Assembly (NCBI GenBank): GCA_946965045.2 | Contig: OX337229.1 | Coordinates: 5,518,001-5,582,000, forward strand | Length of the DNA stretch: 64,000 nucleotides | Reading direction: 5' to 3' | From: Epithemia pelagica | Lineage: Eukaryota > Protista > Bacillariophyta | Shown: one piece after another, positions 21,349 through 33,700 of the stretch | Layout of the letters: each line of letters starts with the position of its first letter | How positions within the stretch are numbered: the first letter of the stretch is position 1 | The notes under the pieces: generated by a model | What the model saw: the letters and a program-made list of their open reading frames with translations, nothing else | Databases searched by the model: none | What the model was told of the DNA's origin: nothing | Translations under genes and position numbers: made by a program

Positions 21349-24300
21349 ATGTTTACATTGCGCAATGCTCTTCTAGGCGCTTGTTGGCTGTTATTGGGTC
21401 CACTGGGAAGAATAGAAGCGGGGGATTCCATCAGCATTGGTACTGATTCCGCAGATGATGGCACCGTAGAAGTGAATCAACATGCTCTCTTAAGGCTCAA
21501 TGTTCATATTCAAGTGAATGGGATCGAATATTCCGAAGTTTCCTTCGATGCAGTTGCAAAGCAGCTATCACAGGATATTCAGTGGATTGTCTACATCGAC
21601 GAAGTTTCTCTGCCCTATGCACCACCTCCGCAAGAATCGACAGACATACAAAGTTCCATTTATGATGTTGGAAGCTCCACTTCTACAGTGACGCTGGTTG
21701 AAATCCAAGAGATGCTTTCACTGGAATGGTCGCCATCGCCTGAAACTGGGACGATTCAAGGCTATGCCGATGTTTCCTTCCTTCTTCCACTGTTGGAAGA
21801 AAACCCGGAAGATCCCTCACCGATTCACACCCGTAAACTGTTGGTCGCGCTGTGGGAACGTCATGTCTCTTCTTCAACGACAAAAATCAGGAAAAATCAT
21901 TTGTTGGCCCGTCGTTTGGCGCAGGTTCCGCGGACCAGGATTGCCTTTGAAAGACAGCGCAGCCACCAAGTGACTGCTTCAAAAGATGAAACTTCTTCCA
22001 GGGACCAACTGGTCAAACCATATACAGTCGCTGAATTGGTCGCAACTTCAAGATGTTGCTCATCTGTTCTATCACAGAGCACACCCATGATCAAGATTGA
22101 CGACCATAGTTTTACAATGGATAAACGACTGTTGTGGTGCGCTGTTGCAATCACAACTGGGCTGCTAACGATGCTTGTTTTTGCCATGAAGGTGCGTCAC
22201 TCTCCGGTGCACGCGGAAACTGAAACAAGGCAAGGCGAAGATATGCAAAGACTCAGTTCGACAACGAGTTGCGCACATCTGGATGATGGAAGAGACGCGA
22301 TCACAGCCCAAGATGAAGAAGATGATGATGATGATGATGAAAGCGATTCTGAAAATGAACAGCACGATGATCACATCGGGCATGACCAATCTGAAAACGC
22401 AGAACACGAGGAGGAAAGTGTCGACAACTCTCAAGGAGTCGCCGTCCCGGTGAACCGACAGGTCGACGATGATTGGTGCATTGACGATGAAGACGACGCA
22501 GAGAACAGTGGAACACACGTTGTGGAAAATACGCAAATTCTCCACGCATGGCATCAACGCAGAAACCGGAGTAATTCAGGCTCATCAACAGACGAGGCAC
22601 TGGAATTACCGCCCCCGATGGAACGGCATGTAGTGCGTCCCGTTCCTTCTCGAGGCATCACGTTTGAAGACGAAATTGAACGCTTCAATAGCCTCAACCT
22701 TTCATCTCCATTAGGCTCAAGGACCACAAGGTCGGGTGGAAGCTCAAGCAGACGACAACGTAGTCAGAGAACTCGCTTACATCTTCCGACCTCCTGTGGC
22801 AGCCCTCAACCACTTGTTTGGGACCGCCCTATGCTGTTTAATAGCCCTGTACCCGTCAAACGACGATCTTCAGCAACCCAGATGAATGGTGGCAACTCGC
22901 TACCAATGCTTCCATCAGAGAATACGGTTACCCCACATACTGATGGAGCTAGTCGTCATCCCTTACTCGGTCCTGGTGGTCAAAGATTGGCCTGGAAAGC
23001 TGGAGGGGAAACCCAAGCTATCTTGTTACAGAACTCAGCGAAAACAGCCGAAAAGCAAAGCCCCCAACAACAATCGGCTGAAGTAAACCGGCATTCGATA
23101 GCGCGAAATGAAGAAGCGACATCTTCGTCGAGAAACCATGAGTCGGTTGTATCTCCAAATGAGTCCAAAAGCGGTCATCCGATCGATAGCAAAGACTCAG
23201 CAGTCGCACACACTTCACCAGCAACCACTGAAATCGACATTCTGGAGTTGAGGGAAACCCCGAACCCGAACGACAACTCCCCCAACATTACGCGACTACC
23301 GGTACTTCAGAAAGATTCTGGAGTTGATCCTGAACGGTCACTTGAGAGGGTGCTTGTTGCAGTGTCAAATGAAAAATCTGTATCGAGCGCCAGAGAGGTC
23401 TCAACGGGTTCCAGTTCTCCATCAATTCGCACTTTTCCCCTTTCAACTAAGCCGCTTTCAGAACCATCAACTTCCAATCTCATTGTGCAAGACGACAAGG
23501 GAAGCTCCAGAGGGATATACCCAAACTCTTTGGATGAACAGAACTTGCCTGCATCAGTTTACAAGTGCAGCGGAGGTGGCAGATCAATTGAGTCTGCGGT
23601 GGACAGCGCAAAATTCCTAGACGGGAATGCTTTATCAACAGCGTCGTTGCAGGAGACCAATCACAGGGCTTCTGAAAGAAGTCCTGGCTACGGGAATGCC
23701 CCAACAGAGAATCGAGATGGACTCGCACAGAATGCGACTACTTTGGTCGAATCAACAGAGAACTCGAAAGAGCAAGCAGCCCTTAAGTTGACAGCAGAAC
23801 AACGGGCAGGAGAAGCTGAACATGGTGCTAGCTCTGGCCACAATGAAGATTCTGCTGAGGCTTGTGGATCTGAAGGATGTCCTGGTTCCGGGAATTCCCC
23901 AACAGAGAATCGATATGGACTCTCTCAGAAGGCGACTGCTTTGGTCGAATCCAAAAACAACTCGACAGAGCAAGTAGCCCTTAAGTTGACAGCAGAACAA
24001 CGGGCAGGAGAAGCTGAACACGGTGCTAGCTCTGGCCTCAATGAAGATTCTGCTGAGGCTTGTGGATCTGAAGGATGTCCTGGTTCCGGGAATTCCCCAA
24101 CAGAGAATCGAGATGGACTCTCACAGAAGGCGACTGCTTTGGTCGAATCCAAAAATAACTCGACAGAGCAACCAGACCATGTGTTGACAGCAGAACAACG
24201 GGTATGGGAAGCTGAACACGGTGCTAACTCTGGCCTCAATGAAGATGCTGCTGAGGCTCGTGAATCAGTTTCAAAAGAACAATATAAAGCTTCTAGCACC

Positions 24301-25740
24301 GAAAAGAAAGGCGGAATCACCGAGGCTTCAGGAAGACCAGCAAATGTTGAGGTGAGAAAAGATATGATTCCTCCGATCGAAGCAAGGGGGGCATTGAACC
24401 GAACGCAAGAACAGAGAGTCTCAGCTCAGACAACGACTCCAACGACGGATCTGAAGGGGGAACCCATTGAAGGAAAAGCGAAGACAGAGGAACATGAAAA
24501 AGGCGATCTACATAGTTCTACTGAAAAACCGCCATCATCTCCATTCTCCCTTTTGGATAATCCAGGGGCAGGGCAGACAAGAGTAAAAGTTGAGCCACAA
24601 TCCATGCAGAAAACAAATGGGAGCTATACGGGGGGAAATCACGTCATGGAGGCACTCGAATGTACGGAAGAAAAACAGCCTATTGTGCAGAAAGTTTCTG
24701 TCACCCAAGCGCGACGTGTGAAGAGTGAGAAGAAGAGACCTTTTAGTGTCCTGAGGCTTGAAAGTAATCAGGGAGATGGCAAAAGACTAGATTCCTTGGA
24801 TAAACATCAGAAGGTCACTCCTTTCATTGTTCGTTCACGGGAAACGGATACTGTACCTCGCAGTCCTCGAAAGAGGGCGCGAATTACCCAACCTGGCATT
24901 GATGGTCACAACAAACACGAAAGTATCTCTGAATCAGACACTGCAAACTACAGCGAGAACTCATTCACTTATGTTTCTACACTGTCGCCCGACAGCAGGA
25001 GTTCAAACGATGCGCAAAGTGGTCCTGTATCGTTCAGTCCCGGCGTTGATACGTCCGTTGTAGCCAATAACAGGATCACGAGCGAGATTGTTGATCTCAC
25101 TGAAAGCCCCTCCTCTGACCCCTCGAACAACCAAGGACACCAAGTACTCGCGTCAACGACTGAGGGGCTGAAATCATCTCAGCAGCAACTTCAAGCTACT
25201 TACATGGAGAATTTTTCTCAGATCCAAACCGCTGTTCCAGAGATCGTGCCTTCGATCTCACTTGCAGCTGCCACTGAGAATATAGCAGCACCAGTGTGGC
25301 ACTTTGATGATGCTCAGGCATACGAGAAAAGCCCAAAGCCCGAACGGAAACTGACCACGAAGGTAGCAACAGGAACGGTAGAGAAGAAGTAAGTGAAAAG
25401 CTCTACGTAGTTAATCACAGAGAAACAAATTGTCTGTTTTGTGGTCAATCTCACGATCCCACCTTTCAGGGTATCGAGGAAACGATCCCGAAACTCGAAA
25501 ACACTTTTTGCAGCGAGCACGACAACGACAAAAGATATAAAACACAGAGAGGCATGTAAACCCTATGACCCCGTCGAATCCCGAACTGGTGCAAACGAAA
25601 CCCTGCCAGATGTTGAAGAGACAGACTTAGGTGAACAACCAAGAATGCCTTCGTCAGTTCGAGGCGGCCCCAATGCTTCTAACAGCAAATATGGAATTCG
25701 GAGCTTTTCACGGAGGCGAACACGGATCAATTCAAAATAG
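21349..25740 (+). CDS. Large single-pass membrane protein with long disordered tail, 2 exons, ~1436 aa
   Basis: Signal peptide MFTLRNALLGACWLLLGPLG..., TM LLWCAVAITTGLLTMLVFAM. Exons 21349-25388 and 25470-25740 (GTAAGT...TTCAG), 4311 nt in frame. Confidence 0.72.
23692..24258 (+). repeat. Coding tandem repeat, 198-bp (66-aa) unit x ~2.9
   Basis: GGGAAT(G/T)CCCCAACAGAGAATCGA starts at 23692, 23890 and 24088, with high identity between units. Confidence 0.93.
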
Positions 25741-25873
25741 TTGCTGTCCAGTAGCTTGAAAGGAGCTGGTTCAACTCATGCTTTGGGAAAAGAAAAACTC
25801 GAAGATCGAAGAGGAGATTCAATTTCTGTGTAGGAATTCTGTGGGTGTGCAGGCCACGGCTACAACACGCAGC

Positions 25874-26402
25874 TTAATTGTGTCGTGCAGTAGCTTTATC
25901 TGCATCAAGCTTTGATGTATTTAGCACGTGAATTGCGGTGAAGTTTCCTTTAATGATAGCCTTTAATTCTTCGACTTCAGACTTTAGATTGGCTACATCC
26001 TCCTGTAATCGAAGGTAGTCAACCTTGTTCCGTCGCTCGCTTCTCAATCTTTCATCCGACGTTTTGGGTACCAAACGTTCAATCTCGGCATCAGACCTTC
26101 CTGCTTCTTTGAGCGCGTCAACGGTGGATTTCCTGTAGTCCTACCGGACCCATAAATCAGGATAGAAATTTGAGAACCATTTATGAGGGCCGTGAATGCC
26201 TCTTTTGCACACAGCTCCGAGAATCATGGTACAGAGCGCGCCGATGTCTCTCTGTTTCACTTACAACAAGGAGAATGTTCCGGAGTATAAAGAGAGTTGC
26301 AAGTATCATAATGACTGAAATCCTGCCACCGCGCTGGTTGTTTGCTGCATAAGCATTGGCTTGTCGTCTGGAGGGAGGGGTGGCTCCTCCAAGGGCCGAC
26401 AT
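25874..26402 (-). CDS. Small single-pass membrane protein with C-terminal coiled coil, 2 exons, 134 aa
   Basis: Exon 26402-26265 (TM ISVIMILATLFILRNILLV), GTAAGT...TAG intron, exon 26140-25874 (DYRKSTVDALKEAG...YLRLQEDVANLKSEVEELK); phase 0 join. Confidence 0.55.
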
Positions 26403-27773
26403 ATCTTTGTTCTTTGTGTTGACAGCAGAAGTCGATCGTTTACCCTCGCACCTCGCACAGATGGGTCTATGGTCTATGCGCGAGCGAATTTTTCACCGCG
26501 TGAATCATCACACCGAAAGAGAAATTCACATTTCATCATAGCACTACAAGGACAAACAACTATTTCGCCTTTCAACATGGACACTTTAGATCTTCATAAG
26601 AATAGCAATCATATTTAAAAAGGTGACGCTAAAGTGTTTTATCGCCGGTATCACTGACCAACACTGACCATCTCCGAGCTTCGAGGGTCTCAATTGAAGA
26701 CGAAGCCATTCGGTCAGCATGATTACGCATGGCCATAGGCTCTGCATATTTATCGAAATGAGACTCCATAGCTTTGAATAAAGTTCGGCCGTCCAATATT
26801 TGGTGGGAGATACGAGGTGAAGGATGTGCTGCTTGCCGAGAAGTTTGCAATTTTTCCAGAAGCGAACGTAGCATCAACTTTCGCAACTTTTCCCATCACA
26901 TCGGCTTTCGATCCAACTGAGAAGTATAATGACAGATTGCGGAAAAGTAGAAAATACCAATGCAACCAATAAAGGTCCACAATAAGTCACCCAATGTAGG
27001 TATACGATCATAATTAGTGGCAGTGGAACTTACGAGGGAAAACAGACGATCCCGATTGCGCCGGCTTGAACAGAGAGGCAGACTTGAGAGGCGATTGCGC
27101 CAGTCTATCGTACAACAGGTAAAGGAGAGGAGAAGCGGTGAGAAATTGAACCACAAGCAGCGCCACTGATGCTGCCACTCAATGTCAAGTTTCCCGACCC
27201 GACATGTGGAACCAACTTACCCCGTAAGGACGGTTTTGTTTGAGACAACTTTGGGAATGCTAACCATTGCTCTTGAACCTTGAACGCGAACGGGTTATCC
27301 AAACTCGTTGGTCCCCAGAAGAAGACCACAGCAAGACGATTCGTTGTCCGTTTGCTGTTGCTGCGAGTGTGTAGTACGCCCAAGCAGGAGTGAATAGTCG
27401 GTTCGCAGATGTGTCGTGAATAACAGTTTGTACACCAGAATCGAATCACTAATCCTCATGACTCAACCCCGTTGGGGGATAGAATGTGTACAAGGTCGTC
27501 GTACGTGTTTCGTGTGTGTGGCATTTCTTTGTTGGTCACGAATTGCGGGAGCGGGAATGACGAAAGATAGCGCAAGATCGATGTCTTCTGTGAACAGCAT
27601 CTGCTGGGGAGTATCGGACAGACGCGCACAATGCCGGGCCTACAGTAATATTGCGTCGCGCGTTGCCAAAGCTCTCCGCACATATCTCTCAATCACTAAC
27701 ATCGAAGACCGAACAACAACAGACTGCTTCCAACACGCGAAGGTTTTTGGAGAGAGACCCTACTTGATCCACC

Positions 27774-30700
27774 ATGAGTGATCAAGGAGAGGGTAACGCA
27801 GATTCCTCGACCTCAAGAAGATGGACATGCGAAGCGTGTGGATGTCACACGAACACGGAATCAGATTCGAACTGCACGATTTGTGGAACTAGTAATGCAG
27901 GTGAGTAGTGATTGATTCCTTCCTGTCCTGGAAAACATCGCTGAATTCTTTTTGAGGAATGGTCGTTTCTCTATTGATTTCGTTCCCTCGTTGTCATGTG
28001 AGTGTTTGGTGGAAAGTTGTGCTGTCGCTAGCTCCTGGTTGGATCGATGTGCTTCTTAGCGTTTTTGCCTTTGTCAGCATCCTCCCGGATCCCGCTCTGT
28101 CATATGTGTCATGTCACAGTCGCCGAATATGTAGTATCCAGTGGCTCTTTGATCACAAGAGAAGCATGTTTGCTTTATGCGTTTGAATTGTAACATAAGG
28201 TCACTCTGAGCTTGTTTTTTCCGTCGTGTGTGCATTCGTTCCTGACTTTGTCGCTCCTTTCGTACTACTTGGCACCTCCTTTAGGCCCTTCCGGCCTTCG
28301 TCGTCAAGCTCGGCCTAATTGGTTTCCACGAGCAGTGTTTGGCCGTGGGCGTGGTCTACCCGATGAGTTTGGAGTTGAAGATGAAGCGGACCTTTGGGAA
28401 AGTGTTGTTGACGATGTAGAAATGGCCGGTGCCGACCACGAAGAACGAGCCAGCAACGCGATTGAATCGCTTGCCATGGAAGTATCGGGGATGGCCAGTG
28501 CCGCAAGACGTTCATTAGAGAGTCGACGGCAGGGTATCGAAAGTGGAAGACAGAGATTACTTGATGCGGCTCGCGCCTTTACCCAGCACCCAGCCCGTCC
28601 TCAAGTATCGCCAGACGAACTGTGGAGGGCAGCCATGCAGAATGGAACAACCTATCAGCCGCACTGGATGGCTTCGCAAGTTTCCGGACAAAGTCGATCG
28701 AACATTGGGATTGAATTAGCTCCTGGGCAGACGACGCCACAGCTGGCCTTTGTTCCACCAGGAGCGGGCGAGGGCTATGCCATACGAGCATCCCAGTCTA
28801 TTCCACGCGATAGCCCGTTGTCGAGAGCGAGGGCTCGTAGCTCTGCACCACAAGGGGAAACAGGAGACATAAACCTTAATTCAGAAAACCAAACTAAGAG
28901 AACTTTTGGGTTTCGAGTTGCATTTGATCACCCTGGTTGCGAACCAGGGGGTAACTTGGGTGGGTGTTATTTGGTCGGTGTTACTGTTGCTTCCTTTACC
29001 GCTTTTGGAGAGCAAAATGGCCTTAGTCAATCGGCGTTTTTCTGGGGCATTGAAGACGGTGGGAATAAATACGAGGGTGCTCGCTACGCACAACCCAACC
29101 GAGGAAGTCGCAGACTGTCAGCCAGCTACGCAGCCGAGTTGAACTCCGCGGAAGTCCCCATGAATGATTCGAACTTGTTATTTGGGTCTCGAGAGGTTGT
29201 GTCTGTTGTGTGTGACCTTGATGCGCGATCACTCACTTTCTGGCGAAATGATGTACTTTTGGGGACACTTGTGTCCAATCTGCCGCGTAGTGGGAACTTG
29301 TATCCTGTCGCCGTACCGTTCAATAATGGTGTGGCGGTCGCGATCACCGGTTTGGATGGGGACCCGTTGCCTATTCTGGAAGCATTCTCCTCAGACGCAA
29401 GGCGGGTCATCAAAGAAAAGGAAGAGGCCGTGAAGCGCGATGTGCTTGGGAGACGTAATGTGGTGTTTCAGAATGGTTGTCCGACAAAACGACTCAGGGA
29501 TGTTATATTAGAAATATTCATGATGTACGCTGGAGAAGGTGAAGAGAATCTGACATACGCAAGTGCCGCTCGTCTCTTCTATCGGTCAGGACTGAAACTT
29601 GACTATCTGGACACGATTATTAAAGAACACGGTGAAGGTGCTGTGACGTTTCTAAGGGTGTACGAGATCATTGAGAAGATTCTACAGGAGGACGATGCGG
29701 CTCTTCGCAGGGATTCACCTGATGACGACAATTCAGTACGTCAAGGCGATAAGGTTGAACTGGTTGAAGGCTATGAAAAGTACGAAGATGCGTCGGGAGG
29801 ACCTCTGAAACCAGGAGACAGAGGGACTGTGGTGGAGGTACAGAATGGACCCAATGGTGAAAGGTACGTTGGTTTTTGTAAACAAAGATGCTCGTGTTCA
29901 ATTGACAGTGGTTCTTAGGGTTTGCAAACCACACAGAAGTTCAATTCGTGTTCTTTACAATGGTCGACGGTGGTGGTATCAGCCACACGCAGTTGTCTCA
30001 GAACGCTCAGGCTTGATTGACTCGTCGGGGGTTTGGTTTCTGGCAAAGTTCTTGCGGTCGCATGGCTATGATCATTCAACTCTAGAATCTAGAAACGGGA
30101 AACAGGTTTCAGGGCGACATTCTCATGTTGGTGACGTTGTAGTCCCTCTAGACAGGAGTGGAGTCGACGATTCCAAGCAAGGCCCGTGCATTGGGCGCGT
30201 AGTATCCGAATCTGCCCCTTCCTCGTCCGCTCCAGCTGGAGACAGCAGCTCCGTCTCTGTTGAATTTATAAACCCGACTTTTGGGACTGCCACTGGAGCT
30301 GCCCGAAGTCTTGCGCCAGGATCTTCTGTGCATATGGAACGTCGACGAATCCGTTTGAATAAATTGGCTCATTCGACTTTTTTTCTGGACCAGAGTTCAG
30401 GAGAGGAGCAATCCCGTGGGAAAACTGCGGGGGCCAACAAGAGTGTCAACGCAAGCCAGGACGCTCCCTCGGAGAAGAACAGGGCAGATCTTGTGGGAGT
30501 TGCGCGTTTGGAGGGACCCGCTCTGGAGAACATGATGAAAGAATGCAAGAAAAGTCCTGATTCGTTGGCCGCCATGTTCTCTGCGGGTCTTCCACAGAGT
30601 TTACTGTCAGCGGCAGATGTTGCCCGGCGCCAGATGAACAATCTGGAACCAAGGGAAGACTTACCGGAGCGTATCTCAGCTCTTGGGGCACTAGCCCTGT

Positions 30701-33700
30701 TCACTGCGGACCACTTGTTTTCCAGTGCGCCGAAGAAGTACGGGGGAAGTGATAAGGCCGATAGACAGCATGATGAAGAGGCTCTTCATCAAGCGCTTCC
30801 AAGTGAGGCCTCGGACAACGCGCCTTCAAGATCTGCCGTCGTTGACGGTCGTGGACAAAATAGCATCAACTCCTCCCGACGGCCACCAAACAACGTACGA
30901 GGACTTGTAGCTTCAATCCAACAGCGTCGGAGTTTTTTGCGTTCATTGATGTCAAGAGGGCCCATTCGACAGTCACATGTACAGGGGCTGGCGGCGATGG
31001 AGGCAGTTGCAATGGGCATGCCGTCACATGGATACGGAATGGGTGATGCAGCATTTTCCCGTGCACGGAGCGATCAGGAAGATGCCCCGAGTGCGCCATG
31101 GGATGAATCAGCACACACTGGCAATGAGATAGACGAAGGTGGCTCCGCGGAGGAAGAGTGTTCAACTTCCATTGAGGAAAACTCTTTCCTTGACACTATC
31201 CGTCGAAAACGTGGTTTTGTGTCCTCGAAAAGTCGAGCGAGAACATCCGGTATGTCTCAACTGGTTTTCCAACGCCGATTGTTTGAACACGGTCTGTTGA
31301 CAAACTCTCCGGCTTGGACGAAAGCTCTGATTGATGATTTTGTTTCGAAGAGCTCCATGAGGCTATCGTCATTGTTGCGACACGCATCGGACGAGGAAGG
31401 AAAGTCTGCACTTTTTCTTGCGCTGTCTTTTGGATGTTCGAAAAAGGTTATTAAGTGTTTGCTCGCTGCTGGCGCCCAAGTGGGTGTCGAGGAAATCCGA
31501 CTATGCATTGGAACCAATATGCATGAAATTCTCTCTGTATTATTGCAGCATGGATCAATCCCTGATGATTTTGACATCGGGGAGTGCTCGGAGGAAGTCG
31601 CAGCCGTGGTAAATGCGGCGAAGAAACGCCAGGACGACATGGACCGTAAAATGAGGGAGAATGCGGGTAGTTTCATGGTTGATATTCTCCGGAAAATTTT
31701 GACGTTGGCTCTTCAAGCTCGTCGGCACCGTTCACCTAGACTCGACCTGTGCAGTAGAGTTATCTCAGAGATACTTGTTGGCAACGTCCTCTTGAAAGCG
31801 CTTCAAGAGGCACAGAAAGATACAAAAAAGACAGAATCGACAAAGGATGGATCAACTGGGACTGCTCCGGACGACAGTCTTTCTCTTATACATCCATCAG
31901 GGCTTCTGAATGCGCTCCCGGTGGCGATTCTTTCGGAAGCTCTGTTCGCTGACGCCGAAAATGCCACGAACTTCTTCTTGCTGTTGGAAGATTATCTTTG
32001 CAGCAAAGAAATGCCATATATCGCGGCCGGTCTGAATGCGCTTCTTTGTGCTCTCAAGCACTTCCCTCAGTTGCGGATATGTTCTGAAATGCATCGATAC
32101 GGCATGTTAAATCTCGCCGAATTCCATGACGAACTTGCCTCCAACAGGTGTGCCGAAATTCTGTCGCGGCAGTTGACGAAACGTCTTGAAGTCAGCCCGT
32201 CCTGTCCACCTGCTGGCCAACAGACTTCGTTCTTATCGCGTGAGAACATTGGCTCCGGTGTGGTCATGTGCCCACAGAAGCACCGGGCACTTTTGCATGT
32301 CACGAGGCATTCGTCATTTCGTTGTGACCTGTGTGGCTGTGGGGTTGACAGGGGCCGACCAATGCATGGTTGCCGTGAGTGTGATTGGGACGCTTGTGAG
32401 GATTGTACAGATCTTGTCGAAAGTGGCCTGTTGAAGTGTTCGACAATCCGCGAACTTGCTCTTGAGTGCAGAAAACTCCTGGCACATGACTGCTCTACAG
32501 AAAGTGAGACCACACATGACATATCAGGAACAATTGCCACACTCGCGCAAAATAGCAACATGGATATCGAGGCTGTTGCGGTGGCTCTCACGGAGCATGA
32601 CCACAACGCGGTTGAGGAACTGGCGCGGTTGCTAAGGTCTCCCGGGCAAGCGACAATGCATCAATTCTTGGAAACTTTGCTACCGGCCATACACAGCGCA
32701 TGTTTGGGCCGTTCCATAGGACATTCACCTGTAAATGGTGGGCACAAAAACAAGAAAGCCAAGGTAGGGAGGTTTTTTGACGACGAAAAAGACCTTGGGT
32801 CTTTATCCTCTTCCAAAAGATCCCAGTTCTGCTCTGAGATGGTTAACATGCTGATTCTTCAGCATGGGGAAAAGGAAACAAAACCCACGTCACTAGAGAG
32901 CCAACAAGAAACGGATACTAGTGAACGGGAGGCCGGCGCGATCGGAGAAAGCGAACTCCTTATTGCAAACAAATCTGGACCAACAGTTAGCGGAAGGGAA
33001 ATTTCATTCTATGCCGAATCTTCAGAATTGTTGAGAAGACTTCAGCAGATTCTCGCACTTCACGAAAGAGTATCTGTTTTTGGCAACCCACAGCGAAGGA
33101 AGCCTACAAGTGGTAGCAGCAACAGTAACGGTGCTGATCTCCAGGTTCTGACTGCGCCTTTGGAAATGGAATTGTTGCCGTCATCTTTCGGCGAACAAGT
33201 GCCTTGTGCCCGAAACCGATTGGTGTTTCAGGCGGAGCCGTTGCTGCCTCTATCTGAACTTGAACTCCACGTGATGCGATGTTGTGTTCCGCTAGATCCG
33301 GGGTATATTTCTTTTTGTCAAAGGTATGTATATTGCCTAACTTCGTATCTGTCGATGACACCACGGATCACACGTCTTAATTTTTCTTTGCTATAGTCTT
33401 TCGTGTGACAAAGCAGTGATCCTCGAGCGGTCAAAACGGAAATCGGGATCATGGACACTGTCGCAAGTCGTCAGTTTCGACGAGGTATCTGGTACACATG
33501 GATTATACAATGCTGTTGGATTTTGTGGTGAGCTCGTTAACGGGCAGCTACGTTTACAGCGCGAGTCCCCTGATATAACGGAAGTTGTGGTCTTTGAACC
33601 CAAGATTGTTCATGTGGCGTTGTCATCAAGGGAATATGTCATTCTTCACCGCAACAAAAATGGAAAAGCTCAGTCTACTTCTCGTCCGTTTAGTTCTACC

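Noticed and set aside
26629-27449. Possible spliced minus-strand gene from several short ORFs
   Set aside because: The candidate splice join ends in an early stop and no motif is recognisable, so there is not enough support.
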